NCBI GenBank assembly: GCA_049325335.1
Contig: JBMOMC010000011.1
Span: forward strand, 1-36,849
Direction: 5' to 3'
DNA from: Nitrospirota bacterium
Lineage (GTDB): Bacteria; Nitrospirota; Nitrospiria; 2-01-FULL-66-17
Length of the DNA stretch: 36,849 nucleotides
The notes beneath the pieces are model-generated. The model had not been told where the DNA came from. It saw nothing but the letters and a program-made list of their open reading frames with translations, and made no database searches. Made by a program: the position numbers and the translations under genes. Below, one piece after another: positions 7,547-17,281 of this stretch (position 1 is its first letter; each line of letters starts with the position of its first letter).

Positions 7547-9412
7547 CTAAAACTCTGTGGTCACTCCGGCGTAGAAAGACCGCCCGGGCGTGCCGTACCC
7601 GGCGACTTCTTGGTAGTCTCGGTTCAAGGCATTGTCGATTCGAATGAAGATATTGGTCCGTGATGACAGGCGGTTCGAGGCGCTAAGATCGACCACGGCA
7701 TAGTGGGGCAGATTCACGCCCCCATCCGTGCGGCTGCCGACAACGCGATACTGAGCTCGTAGGTCGCTGGCCTCGTCCGGATGTGCGGTCCAGATGAGCG
7801 CACCCTTGTTGTGTGGTCGGCGCGCCAACCGGGCGCCCGTTGATCCGTTTACGGCATTGGTCACCGTGTAGGTCCCCGTGATTGTGGCCATGGCCGCAGC
7901 CGTCCACGTTCCGGAGAATTCGGCCCCGACAACGTCGGATGACGCGATATTCTGAGGAACGTACGCGCTATCGAGCGCGATCAGGTCACGGTAACGCGTT
8001 CGAAAGCGCGTGGCCTGCACCGCCAGCCGTCCCGGAACCGGGTCGAGGTGGATCCCCGCTTCATACCCGGTGGACTCCTCGGGACGGAGGGTGGGGTTCG
8101 AATACCCCGGATAGTACAGGTCGTTCAAGCTGGGGCCGCGGAATCCGGTCGCATAGTTTCCAAATACGCGTGACCGCCATGGGGCGATCGTGAGCGCCGC
8201 GCCGGCTTTGTACGTGTTGTGGCGACCGAATCGATTGTTATCGTCGGTTCGACCGCCGATGGTGATGAACAAGGGATCGAGCGCGGCGAAGTGGTCCTGG
8301 ACGTAGACCGCGTTGGTGACGAGTCGATGTTCACCGGCCCCAGGGACGTTGGCGAAACGAGTCTGGTACTCGTATCCCACGCTGAGCAAGTTGTCGGCGC
8401 CGATCCCCAGCGTATGCTGCCATTCGACCTGTCGAGATTGGGCGTCGATGTCGGTGTCACCTGATGCCCCATTCACGGTGGTGCCGTGGTCGCGGGACCA
8501 GCCGATGGTGAGGCGATGGTCCCACCGAGCGCTGAGCGGGGTGGCAATGATGAGGCCTGCCACGGCGGCTCTGTTCCGTAGCTTGGTGGGAAAATCGCCG
8601 AATTGATACGTCGGCGGCGGGTAGTCGTCAATGTCCGCCGCTGCGTCGGTAAGACGGAGCGTCAGATCCGCGCGTCCTCCAACCCCGGCGGCGCGGCCAA
8701 CTTTTGCTGAAAACGTGGTGTTGGCGTATCCGTCCGGCTCGGTGTTACCCAGGTTGGCATCGGCACTGGAGATACCGCGGCTGATCCACCGTGAGACCGA
8801 CAGCGCCTGATCCCACACTGGGCCGCGAAGCGAATGGGTCAGCTCGCCGCGCCACGTGTGGTACGCGCCGCCTTCGATCGTCGCGGTATCGTGATTCTCG
8901 GTTGCCGCACGTTTGGTGATGATGTTGACCACGCCGGCCGTGGCTTCCGATCCGTATAAGGGGCTCTGCGCGCCGCGGAGGACTTCGATCCGTTCGATCT
9001 GGTCCACGGTCAGGTTGGCCAGGTCGAACGCGCCGGTGGTGGGGCTGTTGACCTTGACTCCGTCAATCACCACCAGCACGTGGTTGGAATTGCCGCCGCG
9101 CAGGAAGAGCGAAGTCTGGCCGCCGGGCCCGCCGCTCCGCACGACATCCAGTCCCTCGACCTGTCGCAAGACTTCGAGCACGGTCGGCACCCGCATGGCT
9201 TGGATCGCGGCTTCGTCAATGATCGTGGCCGCGTTGGTGAGTTGATCGAGGGGGGTGCCGGTTTTAGTGCCCTGCACCACGATATCCGGCGCGCCCGGTC
9301 CCTCTTGGGCCGACGCCGGAAGCGGAAATGCGACGAAGATGAGCAGAACGAGCAGGACGAGAACACGTTGAATCATGAAGACGCTCCTTGTGTGAGTGAT
9401 GGCTGTGTTCAT
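7547..9412 (-). CDS. btuB: TonB-dependent receptor, vitamin B12 (BtuB-like)
   Basis: Signal peptide, plug motifs LRGGNSNHVLVVIDG and IERIEVLRGAQSPLYG, terminal Phe; lies downstream of a cobalamin riboswitch. Start uncertain. Confidence 0.88.
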   Translation of the reverse strand: MNTAITHTRSVFMIQRVLVLLVLLIFVAFPLPASAQEGPGAPDIVVQGTKTGTPLDQLTNAATIIDEAAIQAMRVPTVLEVLRQVEGLDVVRSGGPGGQTSLFLRGGNSNHVLVVIDGVKVNSPTTGAFDLANLTVDQIERIEVLRGAQSPLYGSEATAGVVNIITKRAATENHDTATIEGGAYHTWRGELTHSLRGPVWDQALSVSRWISRGISSADANLGNTEPDGYANTTFSAKVGRAAGVGGRADLTLRLTDAAADIDDYPPPTYQFGDFPTKLRNRAAVAGLIIATPLSARWDHRLTIGWSRDHGTTVNGASGDTDIDAQSRQVEWQHTLGIGADNLLSVGYEYQTRFANVPGAGEHRLVTNAVYVQDHFAALDPLFITIGGRTDDNNRFGRHNTYKAGAALTIAPWRSRVFGNYATGFRGPSLNDLYYPGYSNPTLRPEESTGYEAGIHLDPVPGRLAVQATRFRTRYRDLIALDSAYVPQNIASSDVVGAEFSGTWTAAAMATITGTYTVTNAVNGSTGARLARRPHNKGALIWTAHPDEASDLRAQYRVVGSRTDGGVNLPHYAVVDLSASNRLSSRTNIFIRIDNALNRDYQEVAGYGTPGRSFYAGVTTEF

Positions 9413-10152
9413 GGGGCAATCTGGTACTGGATGCGCGCCGGGAATCTGATGGTCTCGCGATCCGGGGGTGGGGGGAGAACTCCGACGCGACGCAGCATGG
9501 TCAGGGTGGCCTCGTCCAACATGCGATGGTTTGACGAGGCGACCACTTCGGGATCGGACAAGCGTCCGTCCGGGTTGATCAGGAAGGCAACCTCCACCGT
9601 GCCCTCGATTCCCCGGTGTCGCGCGAGCAGCGGGTACCGTTTGGCGCGTTCGAGGATGGCCAGCACGAGCGGACGGTAGGAATCGGTCGCGGCTCCGGCG
9701 CTCGGCCTTGCCTCGGATACGTCGACGGACGCGGGAGAAGGGGGGAGCGAATGCATCGCGCTGTCCGGGAGATCGGGGACATCGTTGACCGGATCGGTCG
9801 TCGACTCCGGCTGTGGGGTGTCGGGCGCAGCGAATGATGAATCAGATCGAGGGCTCAGGGCCGACTCGTCCACGATGTCCATGGGCGGTTGGCTCTTTGG
9901 TCCGAGAAGCAAATCCCCCCCTTCCCCCTTTCTTACAGGGGGGGGAGAGGAAGCCGCGGGTGGCTTCGTTGTGGGGTGTTCAGGCATTGGCGCGTCGACC
10001 AGCGCGACGAGCGTGGCCGCGGCGTCTGACGCCGGGAGGTTCTGCGGGGTCAGGTGCGGCAATCCGAGCCAGACGGCAGCGCCCAGCGCCAGGTGTGCGG
10101 CCACGGACCATCCGAACCAGCGCATGAACGGCGGGCGGGTCACGCGGTCCAC
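9409..10152 (-). CDS. tonB: Energy transducer TonB
   Basis: N-terminal TM with SxxxH, Pro-rich linker, YPxxAR..GIEGTV...SS...LD C-terminal domain. Confidence 0.88.
   Translation of the reverse strand: MDRVTRPPFMRWFGWSVAAHLALGAAVWLGLPHLTPQNLPASDAAATLVALVDAPMPEHPTTKPPAASSPPPVRKGEGGDLLLGPKSQPPMDIVDESALSPRSDSSFAAPDTPQPESTTDPVNDVPDLPDSAMHSLPPSPASVDVSEARPSAGAATDSYRPLVLAILERAKRYPLLARHRGIEGTVEVAFLINPDGRLSDPEVVASSNHRMLDEATLTMLRRVGVLPPPPDRETIRFPARIQYQIAP
9911..9950. repeat. C-run/G-run palindromic element inside tonB
   Basis: AAATCCCCCCCTTCCCCCTTTCTTACAGGGGGGGGAGAGG; compositionally foreign to the surrounding codons. Confidence 0.5.
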
Positions 10153-10937
10153 TCCACGGTCACGCGCGGACGTCCGGTGCGCGGGTGTACGTCGATCAGC
10201 GCGCGGCAGTTGAACACGTCGGCGATCACCGCCTCGGTGAGCACGGCGGCGGGCGGTCCCGTCGCGCGTATCCGGCCGTTGGCGAGCGCGATCACGTGGT
10301 CCGAATCGGCCACGGCATTGAGGTCGTGCGAGACCGTGACCGTGGTCAACCCGTGCTCGCGGTTCATGCGCGTCAGGAGGGCGTGCAACGCGATTTGGTA
10401 GTGCAGGTCGAGGTTCGCCCCGGGTTCGTCCAACAGCAGCACGGAGGGGCGCTGCGCGAGGGCGCGCGCGATAATGGCGCGTTGGCGCTCGCCGCCGGAG
10501 ACGTCCAGAATCGAGCGATCGACCAACGACCGGAGGTCCATCAGATGGATGGACTGCTCGATCGCGGCCAGATCGTCCGGCGACTCAAAGCCCCATGCCG
10601 ACAGATAGGGGGATCGGCCCATGGCCACGATTTCTCGCACCGAGAAGTCAAAGGGGACCGTGGTGTCTTGGGGCACGTATGCGATCCGTCGGGCGCGCTC
10701 GCGCGGCGTCATGGACGCGAGCGGCGTGCCGTCGAAGGTCACGGTTCCCGTATCGGGCGTGATGAGCCCCGCCAGCACGCGCAGCACGGTGCTTTTCCCC
10801 GAGCCATTCGGACCGATCACCGCGGTCATGGCATGCGCCGCGATATCGAGCGTGATCTCGTGCAGCGCGGCGTCGGCGCCGTACGCCACGGTGACGCGGT
10901 CGAGGTGGAAGACGGGGGGGGCGGTCGGGGGCGTCAT
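10140..10937 (-). CDS. btuD: ABC transporter ATP-binding protein (cobalamin/Fe-siderophore)
   Basis: GPNGSGKST, SGGERQR, LLLDEP, SHDL. Start reassigned to MTPPT (10937), overlapping the permease stop. Confidence 0.88.
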   Translation of the reverse strand: MTPPTAPPVFHLDRVTVAYGADAALHEITLDIAAHAMTAVIGPNGSGKSTVLRVLAGLITPDTGTVTFDGTPLASMTPRERARRIAYVPQDTTVPFDFSVREIVAMGRSPYLSAWGFESPDDLAAIEQSIHLMDLRSLVDRSILDVSGGERQRAIIARALAQRPSVLLLDEPGANLDLHYQIALHALLTRMNREHGLTTVTVSHDLNAVADSDHVIALANGRIRATGPPAAVLTEAVIADVFNCRALIDVHPRTGRPRVTVEWTA

Positions 10938-11971
10938 CGGCTCATAACCGCGCGACGTTGCCGCGCCAATAACCACAGGAAAAATGGACCGCCGCAGAGC
11001 GCGGTGACTACGCCGACCGGGAGTTCCGTGGGCGCCAGGGCCACCCGCGCTGCGGTGTCCGCGACGATCAAGAACATCGCGCCTCCGAGCGCGGACGCGG
11101 GCAGCAGGAGGCGGTAGTCGGTGCCGATCAGTCGGCGCAGGATATGAGGCGTCAAAATTCCCACGAAGCCGATCATGCCGCTCAGCGACACCACGAGCCC
11201 GATCATAGACGCGGAAACTACCAGGCTCGCGCGGATCACGCGGTCGGGGCGAAGACCCAGCGACTGCGCGGTGTCGGCGCCCAGGGTCATCAAATTGAGG
11301 GGTTGACCTTGCGCGCAGAGCCAGGCCATTCCGGCGAGTAAGACGGGGCCGGTGAGCCAGAGCACCGCGGACTCGGCCGACCCCAGATTGCCCATGAGCC
11401 AGACCACGCGGCCGAATACCCTTCCGGGATCGAGGTAACTGGTCAGGAACATGATGACCGCGGCCAGGGTGCCGTTGAGGACCACCCCCGCGAGCACCAA
11501 GGTTTCGGGCCGGATGCGGCCGTTGACCGTGGAGAGCCGATAGAGCATGACCAACGCGACCATGCCGCCCGCGAACGCGAACACCCACGTGGTCGTGAGT
11601 CCCCGGATCAGTCCGCTCATCGGCCACAACCCGCCGATCATCACGCCCAATGCCGCGCCGCTGGACACGCCGATCAAGTGGGGTTCGGCCAAGGGGTTGC
11701 GCAAGAGCGATTGCAGCACCGCGCCGGTCAGCCCGAGGACCGCGCCGACCAACCCGGCCAGCGCGATGCGCGGGCCGCGGATCTGGAGGATGATGGTGTC
11801 GCTCACGTCGGGCGGCCCGTCGCCGCGCCGGGGACCGATCAGCAGATCGACCAGTCGATGGAACGGGACGCGTTCGGCGCCCAGGAGGAGCGCGGCGAGC
11901 CCGGTCGCGGCCAACAGGCCGAGCAGGATCGACAACGTGACCGCGGTGCGCCGACGGGTCAGGCCGCTCAC
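10934..11971 (-). CDS. btuC: FecCD/BtuC family permease
   Basis: LLRNPLAEP..IGVSSGA, IGFVG..PH, ELPVGVVT..GGPFF. Confidence 0.9.
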   Translation of the reverse strand: MSGLTRRRTAVTLSILLGLLAATGLAALLLGAERVPFHRLVDLLIGPRRGDGPPDVSDTIILQIRGPRIALAGLVGAVLGLTGAVLQSLLRNPLAEPHLIGVSSGAALGVMIGGLWPMSGLIRGLTTTWVFAFAGGMVALVMLYRLSTVNGRIRPETLVLAGVVLNGTLAAVIMFLTSYLDPGRVFGRVVWLMGNLGSAESAVLWLTGPVLLAGMAWLCAQGQPLNLMTLGADTAQSLGLRPDRVIRASLVVSASMIGLVVSLSGMIGFVGILTPHILRRLIGTDYRLLLPASALGGAMFLIVADTAARVALAPTELPVGVVTALCGGPFFLWLLARQRRAVMSR

Positions 11972-12918
11972 GGCGCGCGCTCCACGTCCTGATTATCGGG
12001 GTGGAGTTTCCGGGCGAGAAACTCGATGGCCTCGATGATGCGGGGCCCGGGCCGATTGATCAGATCGTACGGGATGGCGTACATCCGGCCGGTCTTGACG
12101 GCCGCGATCCGGTCCCATCGTCGCCACCGTGCGGCGTGCGCGGACGCGCCGCGGTCCGAGTCGCCCGCGAAGAAGATCACCTCGGGATCGAATCGAACCA
12201 CAGCCTCTATGCCGACGCGGGGGTATGACTCGCGCGGCCCAGACTCGAAGGGTCTGCCGCCGGCTTTGATCAGCACGTCGTACAGAAAACTCTTGGGGCC
12301 GACCGTAATCGGCGGCTCGTCGTCTATGAGATACAGGACGCGCGGAGCCGCCGCGGTGAAGCGGCGTGCGGCGATCGCGGCCAAACGCCCGCGCATGTCG
12401 TCCACCAGCGCGGCGGCGCTCGCGTTGCGGCCGGTCACCTTGCCCAGCAGGGTGATCCGCGCGAGAATGGATTCCACGGAATCGGCTTCCACGCCCATCA
12501 ACGGGATCCCGAACCGATCCAGCCGCCGCGCGGTCTCGCCCATACCCGCTCCGCCCGTGCTCACCACCAGATCCGGGGTGAGGGCGATCAGGGCTTCGAA
12601 ATTCGGCGCGATGCCGCCGACTTTGGGTCTATGGAGAGCCGCCTCCGGATAGTTGCAGAAGTCCGACACGCCGACGATCGCTTCGTCGAGTCCGAGCGCA
12701 AAGAGGATTTCGGTCAGGGCCGGGGAGAGCGAGACGATGCGTTGCGGGGTCCGGTCAAACCGGAGAGTCTGCCCCAGGTCGTCGCGGACCACGAGCGGTT
12801 CGGCTGCGGCAACGGCAACGAAGGTGAACAGGACGAGGACGACGATGCGAGGGAGCGGAGGTCTTGATGGAGCGTTCGGCACGCGCAATCCTCGCAGCAG
12901 ACACTTCGAGGATTGCAC
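11968..12918 (-). CDS. btuF: Cobalamin-binding periplasmic protein
   Basis: RIVSLSPALTEILFALG, NFEALIALTPDLV, RPGPR. Start uncertain. Confidence 0.88.
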   Translation of the reverse strand: MQSSKCLLRGLRVPNAPSRPPLPRIVVLVLFTFVAVAAAEPLVVRDDLGQTLRFDRTPQRIVSLSPALTEILFALGLDEAIVGVSDFCNYPEAALHRPKVGGIAPNFEALIALTPDLVVSTGGAGMGETARRLDRFGIPLMGVEADSVESILARITLLGKVTGRNASAAALVDDMRGRLAAIAARRFTAAAPRVLYLIDDEPPITVGPKSFLYDVLIKAGGRPFESGPRESYPRVGIEAVVRFDPEVIFFAGDSDRGASAHAARWRRWDRIAAVKTGRMYAIPYDLINRPGPRIIEAIEFLARKLHPDNQDVERAP

Positions 12919-12976
12919 CCAGCTTCTTCATCCCGAAGAGCGGACAGGCCTTCAGACGAGGCGCGACCGCAAGCGG

Positions 12977-13166
12977 CTCCAGGCAGGTCTTCTGACTCCC
13001 GGCTCATCCGATCCCCTCGTCCTTCCCGATGCCTGAGGCGTCAGTGGACTGGTTGAACGGCCTAACTCTCTCGGCCGTTTGAGGGGATCGTCCCCGGTTA
13101 CAGCGGCGGGACCGTCCCGGATTCGCACCGGGTTCCCTTTTCACGCCCTGATGGGCGACCTGGATC
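12977..13166 (-). ncRNA. Cobalamin riboswitch
   Basis: Minus strand AAAAGGGAACCCGGTGCGAATCCGGGACGGTCCCGCCGCTGTAA, CCACTG...GGGAAGG, and B12 box AGTCAGAAGACCTGCC, upstream of the btu genes. Confidence 0.95.
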
Positions 13167-13173
13167 GATGCGC

Positions 13174-13203
13174 ACTGTAGGCCAAGTGGGCCGGCCGTGT
13201 CAA
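13174..13203 (-). promoter_or_regulatory. Putative sigma70 promoter of the riboswitch-btu operon
   Basis: TTGACA-N18-TACAGT just upstream of the riboswitch. Confidence 0.65.
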
Positions 13204-13225
13204 GCAGAGGCGGTGTGGACGGTCG

Positions 13226-13254
13226 TTGACGGGGGGAGCGCCTCGCCATATGCT
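13226..13254 (+). promoter_or_regulatory. Putative sigma70 promoter of the EAL-HDOD gene
   Basis: TTGACG-N17-TATGCT. Confidence 0.6.
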
Positions 13255-13280
13255 CTAGTTATCGGCTCGCGGAGCGATCA

Positions 13281-14495
13281 GTGGACGTTTTTATTGCGCG
13301 ACAACCTATTTTCGACCGTCAACAGCAAGTCTTCGGGTACGAGCTGTTGTTCCGGTCCGGGTGGGACAATGTGTTTCGCCATCACGATCTCAATCAAGCC
13401 TCGGCCCAGGTGATCGCCAACAGCCTGTTGGTGATGGGGTTTGAAACCATCACCTCCGGCCGGATGTCGTTTGTGAACTGCACGCGCGAGGCATTGGTCA
13501 AACAATATCCGTCCGTGTTGCCCAGTCGGACCACGGTGATCGAACTGTTGGAGCACGTGGAGGCCGACGACGAGGTGCTGGCCGCGTGTCGCGCGCTCAA
13601 GGCCGCGGGCTTCACCCTGGCACTGGATGACTTCGTACTGCGCGAGGCGGTGGAGCCGTTGTTGGCGTTGGCGGACATCGTCAAGGTTGATGTGCTGGCC
13701 ACGAGCGTGGACGAGCAGCGCGAGTTGTTTGATCGGTGCGGCGGCAAGATCGCGATGTTGGCGGAAAAGGTCGAGACGCGCGAGGAGTTCGATCGCGGGC
13801 TGGCGATGGGGTACCGGTATTTTCAGGGCTATTTCTTCAGCCGTCCGGTGGTGATGAACGGCCGCGACATCCCCACCAACAAGCTGAGCGTGCTGGAACT
13901 CTTGAGCGAAATTAATCGGTCCGACCTGGACTATGCGAAACTTGAGCGGATTCTCCAGCGGGAGGTTTCGCTCTCGTACAAACTGCTCCGCTACATCAAC
14001 TCCGCCGCGTTCGCGTTTCGCTCGCAGATCGGTTCACTCAAACAGGCCATGGTCCTGCTGGGCGAGAGCGAGGTCAAAAAATTTGCCTCACTCATTGCGC
14101 TGGCGAACATGGGCAACGATAAACCCGGCGAGCTGCTGGTCACCGCGGTGGTGCGCGGGCGTTTCGGGGAGGTCCTCGCGCCCAAACTCGGGCTGGCCGA
14201 CCGCGGCGCGGACCTGTTCCTGATGGGGCTCTTCTCCGTCATCGACGCGCTGATGGACAAACCTTTGCCCGACCTGCTCAACGGGGTGCCGCTCGCGGAC
14301 GAAATCAAGCAGGCGCTCATGGGGCAGAGCGGACCATTCCATCCCGTCCACCAATTGGTCACGGCCTACGAGCGGGGAGACTGGAGTACGGTGACGCGCG
14401 CGAGCCAGGCGCTTCACCTTGATGAGACCGATTTGCAGTCCTGCTATTTGGCCTCAGTGGACTGGGCGCATTGCACCATCCGGCAGGGTTTCTAA
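13281..14495 (+). CDS. EAL and modified HD-GYP (HDOD) domain protein, YuxH-like
   Basis: ARQPIFD, GYELLFR, ALDDF, LAEKVET, FQGYFF, LSYKLLRYINS. Confidence 0.92.
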   Translation: MDVFIARQPIFDRQQQVFGYELLFRSGWDNVFRHHDLNQASAQVIANSLLVMGFETITSGRMSFVNCTREALVKQYPSVLPSRTTVIELLEHVEADDEVLAACRALKAAGFTLALDDFVLREAVEPLLALADIVKVDVLATSVDEQRELFDRCGGKIAMLAEKVETREEFDRGLAMGYRYFQGYFFSRPVVMNGRDIPTNKLSVLELLSEINRSDLDYAKLERILQREVSLSYKLLRYINSAAFAFRSQIGSLKQAMVLLGESEVKKFASLIALANMGNDKPGELLVTAVVRGRFGEVLAPKLGLADRGADLFLMGLFSVIDALMDKPLPDLLNGVPLADEIKQALMGQSGPFHPVHQLVTAYERGDWSTVTRASQALHLDETDLQSCYLASVDWAHCTIRQGF

Positions 14496-14570
14496 ACACG
14501 TTTTGCAAAACGGGGGAGTTCCGGATTCCCGCCGTTGTTGGAATGACGCCCACTCGTTGTGAGTGGTCTC

Positions 14571-17072
14571 TTAGTCTGACGGCGACGTTGTTCTGCGGAT
14601 GACCTCTTCCTGTAGCACCCGGGAAATGGTGTTGCCGATCTCATGGATCGTATTGGGTTTGAGGATCAGTTCCCGCACGCCGAGGGCTCGCGCAGCGGCC
14701 TGGTCCGTGGGCTGCACATAGCCGGAGGCCATGACCACGGGGATGGCGGGGCGGATCAGGAGAATGTGGCGGGCCAGGTCGAACCCGGATATGCCCGGCA
14801 TCGACACGTCCGTCACCACGACATCATACCCATCCGGATCTGATTGAAAGGCGTCGAGGGCTTGGGTGGGATTGGTGAATCCGGAGATGCGGTACCCTAT
14901 TCGCTCCAGGAATTCGGTCATCAGGAGGACGAGGTCCTCCTCGTCGTCGACAAAGAGGATATGTTCTCCCCTTCCGGGCACCTGATAGGGTCGCGTCGGG
15001 GGCGTGTCGTCGGCTGGAGCGTGTGCGGCCGGCAAGTACAGATGGAAGGCCGTTCCTCGTCCCACCCCACTTTCGACGGAAATTGCCCCGTGGTGACCGT
15101 TGATAATGCCGTGAACCACCGACAGACCGAGGCCGGTTCCCTGGCCTGGGGACTTCGTGGTGAAGAACGGTTCAAAGATCCGTTCCAACGTTGCCGGGTC
15201 CATGCCGCAGCCGGTGTCGGTGACGGACAGTCTGACGTAGGAACCCTTCGGGAGGTCGGCGAGGTCCGGGCCGGCCGCGTCTCCCACCGTGGCGGGCTCC
15301 AGGCGGACCTCTAACACTCCGCCCTGATCGCGCATGGCGTATGCGGCATTGCTGCCCAGGTTCATCACGATTTGGTGGATCTGAGCGGCATTTGCGACAA
15401 TCGTGGGGAGGCGGGATGCGAACTGGGTTCGGATTTCGATCGTCGTGGGAAGCGTGGCGCGAAGTAACTGCACCGCCTCGTCCACCACCGCCGGCAGGTT
15501 CACCGGTCGGTAGTCGGTGTCCTGCGGACGGCTAAAGAGCAGGATTCGGCGGACCAGTTCGGCTGCGCGCGCCCCGGCGCGGGTGATCGCCTGAACATGT
15601 TGGCGCGCCGGATGATCCGACGGCACGCTGGCGGCCGCGAGTTCGGCGTGACCGGAGATGATGGTCAGGATGTTGTTGAAGTCATGGGCGACCCCGCCCG
15701 CTAAGGTCCCGAGCGCCTGCAGTTTGTGGGATTGTTGGAGTTGGTGCTCGAGTCGGAGACGCTCGGCTTCAGCCTGTTTCTGTCCCGTGATGTCCCGCGT
15801 CACCGAGAGCGCGGCGCTGACGCGGCCGTCGGCGTCGCGGAGCGGGCTTGCGTGGGTGCTCAGCCAGCGGCGAGTGCCCTTCAGACCGATGATCTCGAAC
15901 TCCAACGTCCCGGACTCGCCTCGGAAGACGCGGCGGTTCAGATCCTGAAACGAGAGCCGAAACCGCTCCTCCAGCAGGGGAAGGATATTGCGGCCGATGA
16001 TCTGCGCCGTCGAATCCGCTTCAACCATTGCCAGGCCCGCGGGGTTCATGTCGAGCAGCTCGCACTCAGCGTTCACCAGTTTCACGCACTCCGGTTCGGT
16101 GCGGATGATGGTGCGGAGGCGATTCTCGCTGTTGCGGAGCGCGGTCTCGGCTTGCCGGCGCTCGGTGTCCATCCGGTTCAGGGAACCGGCATTCAGCCAC
16201 ACGACCGCTGCGATCAGGAAAATCGTGGCGGTCGTCACGATCGCGAAGCCAAATTCGGTTGGGTAGAGCCCGGATCGTACGCCGGTCAAGCCTGCCCATG
16301 TGAGGACGATGGGTAGGGCGACGACAATCGGGAGCAGACGTCGTGCCATCAGCGCTCCGACCAAGTTGTTTGTGACCGAGGCCGCCATGCCCCGGTCGGG
16401 ACGGGCGCAGAGGACCCCGACGCCGAGGCCGATGAACGTCAGCGCGGTGTGAAGCGCCATGGATTGATACGGATACAGCGTGTAGAGCGCCTCCACGCCG
16501 AAGATATAGCCCAGGACCGCGATCAATCCGATCGTGCCTGCCATGAGCGCGAGCGCGGAAGCGACCGGTCGGACGAGGAATGACTTGGCGTCAAGGGTGC
16601 ACAACGAGGCGCCAATGAGGACGAAGTTCGTTGCGGTGGCGAGCGACATCCGTCCCGGGTCGGGGATCAGTGTTGCGCGCAGGCGATCCGGGAATAGGAG
16701 CGAGTCGATGCCGAGATCACGGTTCAGGAGGTATTCGCCGGTGGTAGTCAAACCGATCAGGGCGACCACGGCGGCACAGGCGTACCCGCCGACTCGTCGA
16801 CGCCCGACACCGCCGGATCGGGGCGGTGTCGGGCGCAGGAGATGCAGCGCGACGCCCGACAGGATGAAGCAGACGGCCGTGGCGGGTTTCATCGTGGCAT
16901 AGCCCGGCAGGACGCTCAACAGCGTTCCGACGTCCCATGCCCAGCCGGCCAGCGCCAGCACGCCGACCACAACGGCGGTGAGGCTTGCGGTCTCGGCAAG
17001 TATCCGACAGTGCCGATTAACGTGGGGTTCCGACGCGGCCATCATCATCGATGCCTCCCCGGTACGGGTCAC
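14571..17072 (-). CDS. Membrane-bound hybrid sensor histidine kinase (PAS, HisKA, HATPase, receiver)
   Basis: Multiple TMs, AGGVAHDFNN, FEPFFTTK, GTGLGL, receiver VDDE/TD.SMP/KP. Start uncertain. Confidence 0.92.
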   Translation of the reverse strand: MTRTGEASMMMAASEPHVNRHCRILAETASLTAVVVGVLALAGWAWDVGTLLSVLPGYATMKPATAVCFILSGVALHLLRPTPPRSGGVGRRRVGGYACAAVVALIGLTTTGEYLLNRDLGIDSLLFPDRLRATLIPDPGRMSLATATNFVLIGASLCTLDAKSFLVRPVASALALMAGTIGLIAVLGYIFGVEALYTLYPYQSMALHTALTFIGLGVGVLCARPDRGMAASVTNNLVGALMARRLLPIVVALPIVLTWAGLTGVRSGLYPTEFGFAIVTTATIFLIAAVVWLNAGSLNRMDTERRQAETALRNSENRLRTIIRTEPECVKLVNAECELLDMNPAGLAMVEADSTAQIIGRNILPLLEERFRLSFQDLNRRVFRGESGTLEFEIIGLKGTRRWLSTHASPLRDADGRVSAALSVTRDITGQKQAEAERLRLEHQLQQSHKLQALGTLAGGVAHDFNNILTIISGHAELAAASVPSDHPARQHVQAITRAGARAAELVRRILLFSRPQDTDYRPVNLPAVVDEAVQLLRATLPTTIEIRTQFASRLPTIVANAAQIHQIVMNLGSNAAYAMRDQGGVLEVRLEPATVGDAAGPDLADLPKGSYVRLSVTDTGCGMDPATLERIFEPFFTTKSPGQGTGLGLSVVHGIINGHHGAISVESGVGRGTAFHLYLPAAHAPADDTPPTRPYQVPGRGEHILFVDDEEDLVLLMTEFLERIGYRISGFTNPTQALDAFQSDPDGYDVVVTDVSMPGISGFDLARHILLIRPAIPVVMASGYVQPTDQAAARALGVRELILKPNTIHEIGNTISRVLQEEVIRRTTSPSD

Positions 17073-17281
17073 GATTCAACGGGCAGCATGTTCGCTGCGT
17101 AGATGTTCGGTAACTCGGTGGTGACCGTCTGTGTCAGGGGCTTCGGAGGATCATGGTACCCACTGAATGGTCCAGGTATAGGTGTGTTGAGGGGCTCAAG
17201 TCAAGCCTGGTTGCAGCGACGGCCTGATTGGGGTATAGGTGCGTGTATATGTCGGGCGGATTCGTGTAGGCTCAGGCTGTC

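Noticed and set aside
10938..11627. N-terminal extension of the 495-aa ABC ATPase ORF
   Set aside because: Overlaps the permease in another frame; the real start is likely 10937.
13259..13266. GCCGATAA sigma28 -10 on the minus strand
   Set aside because: No matching -35 at the right spacing, and the wrong orientation for the EAL-HDOD gene.
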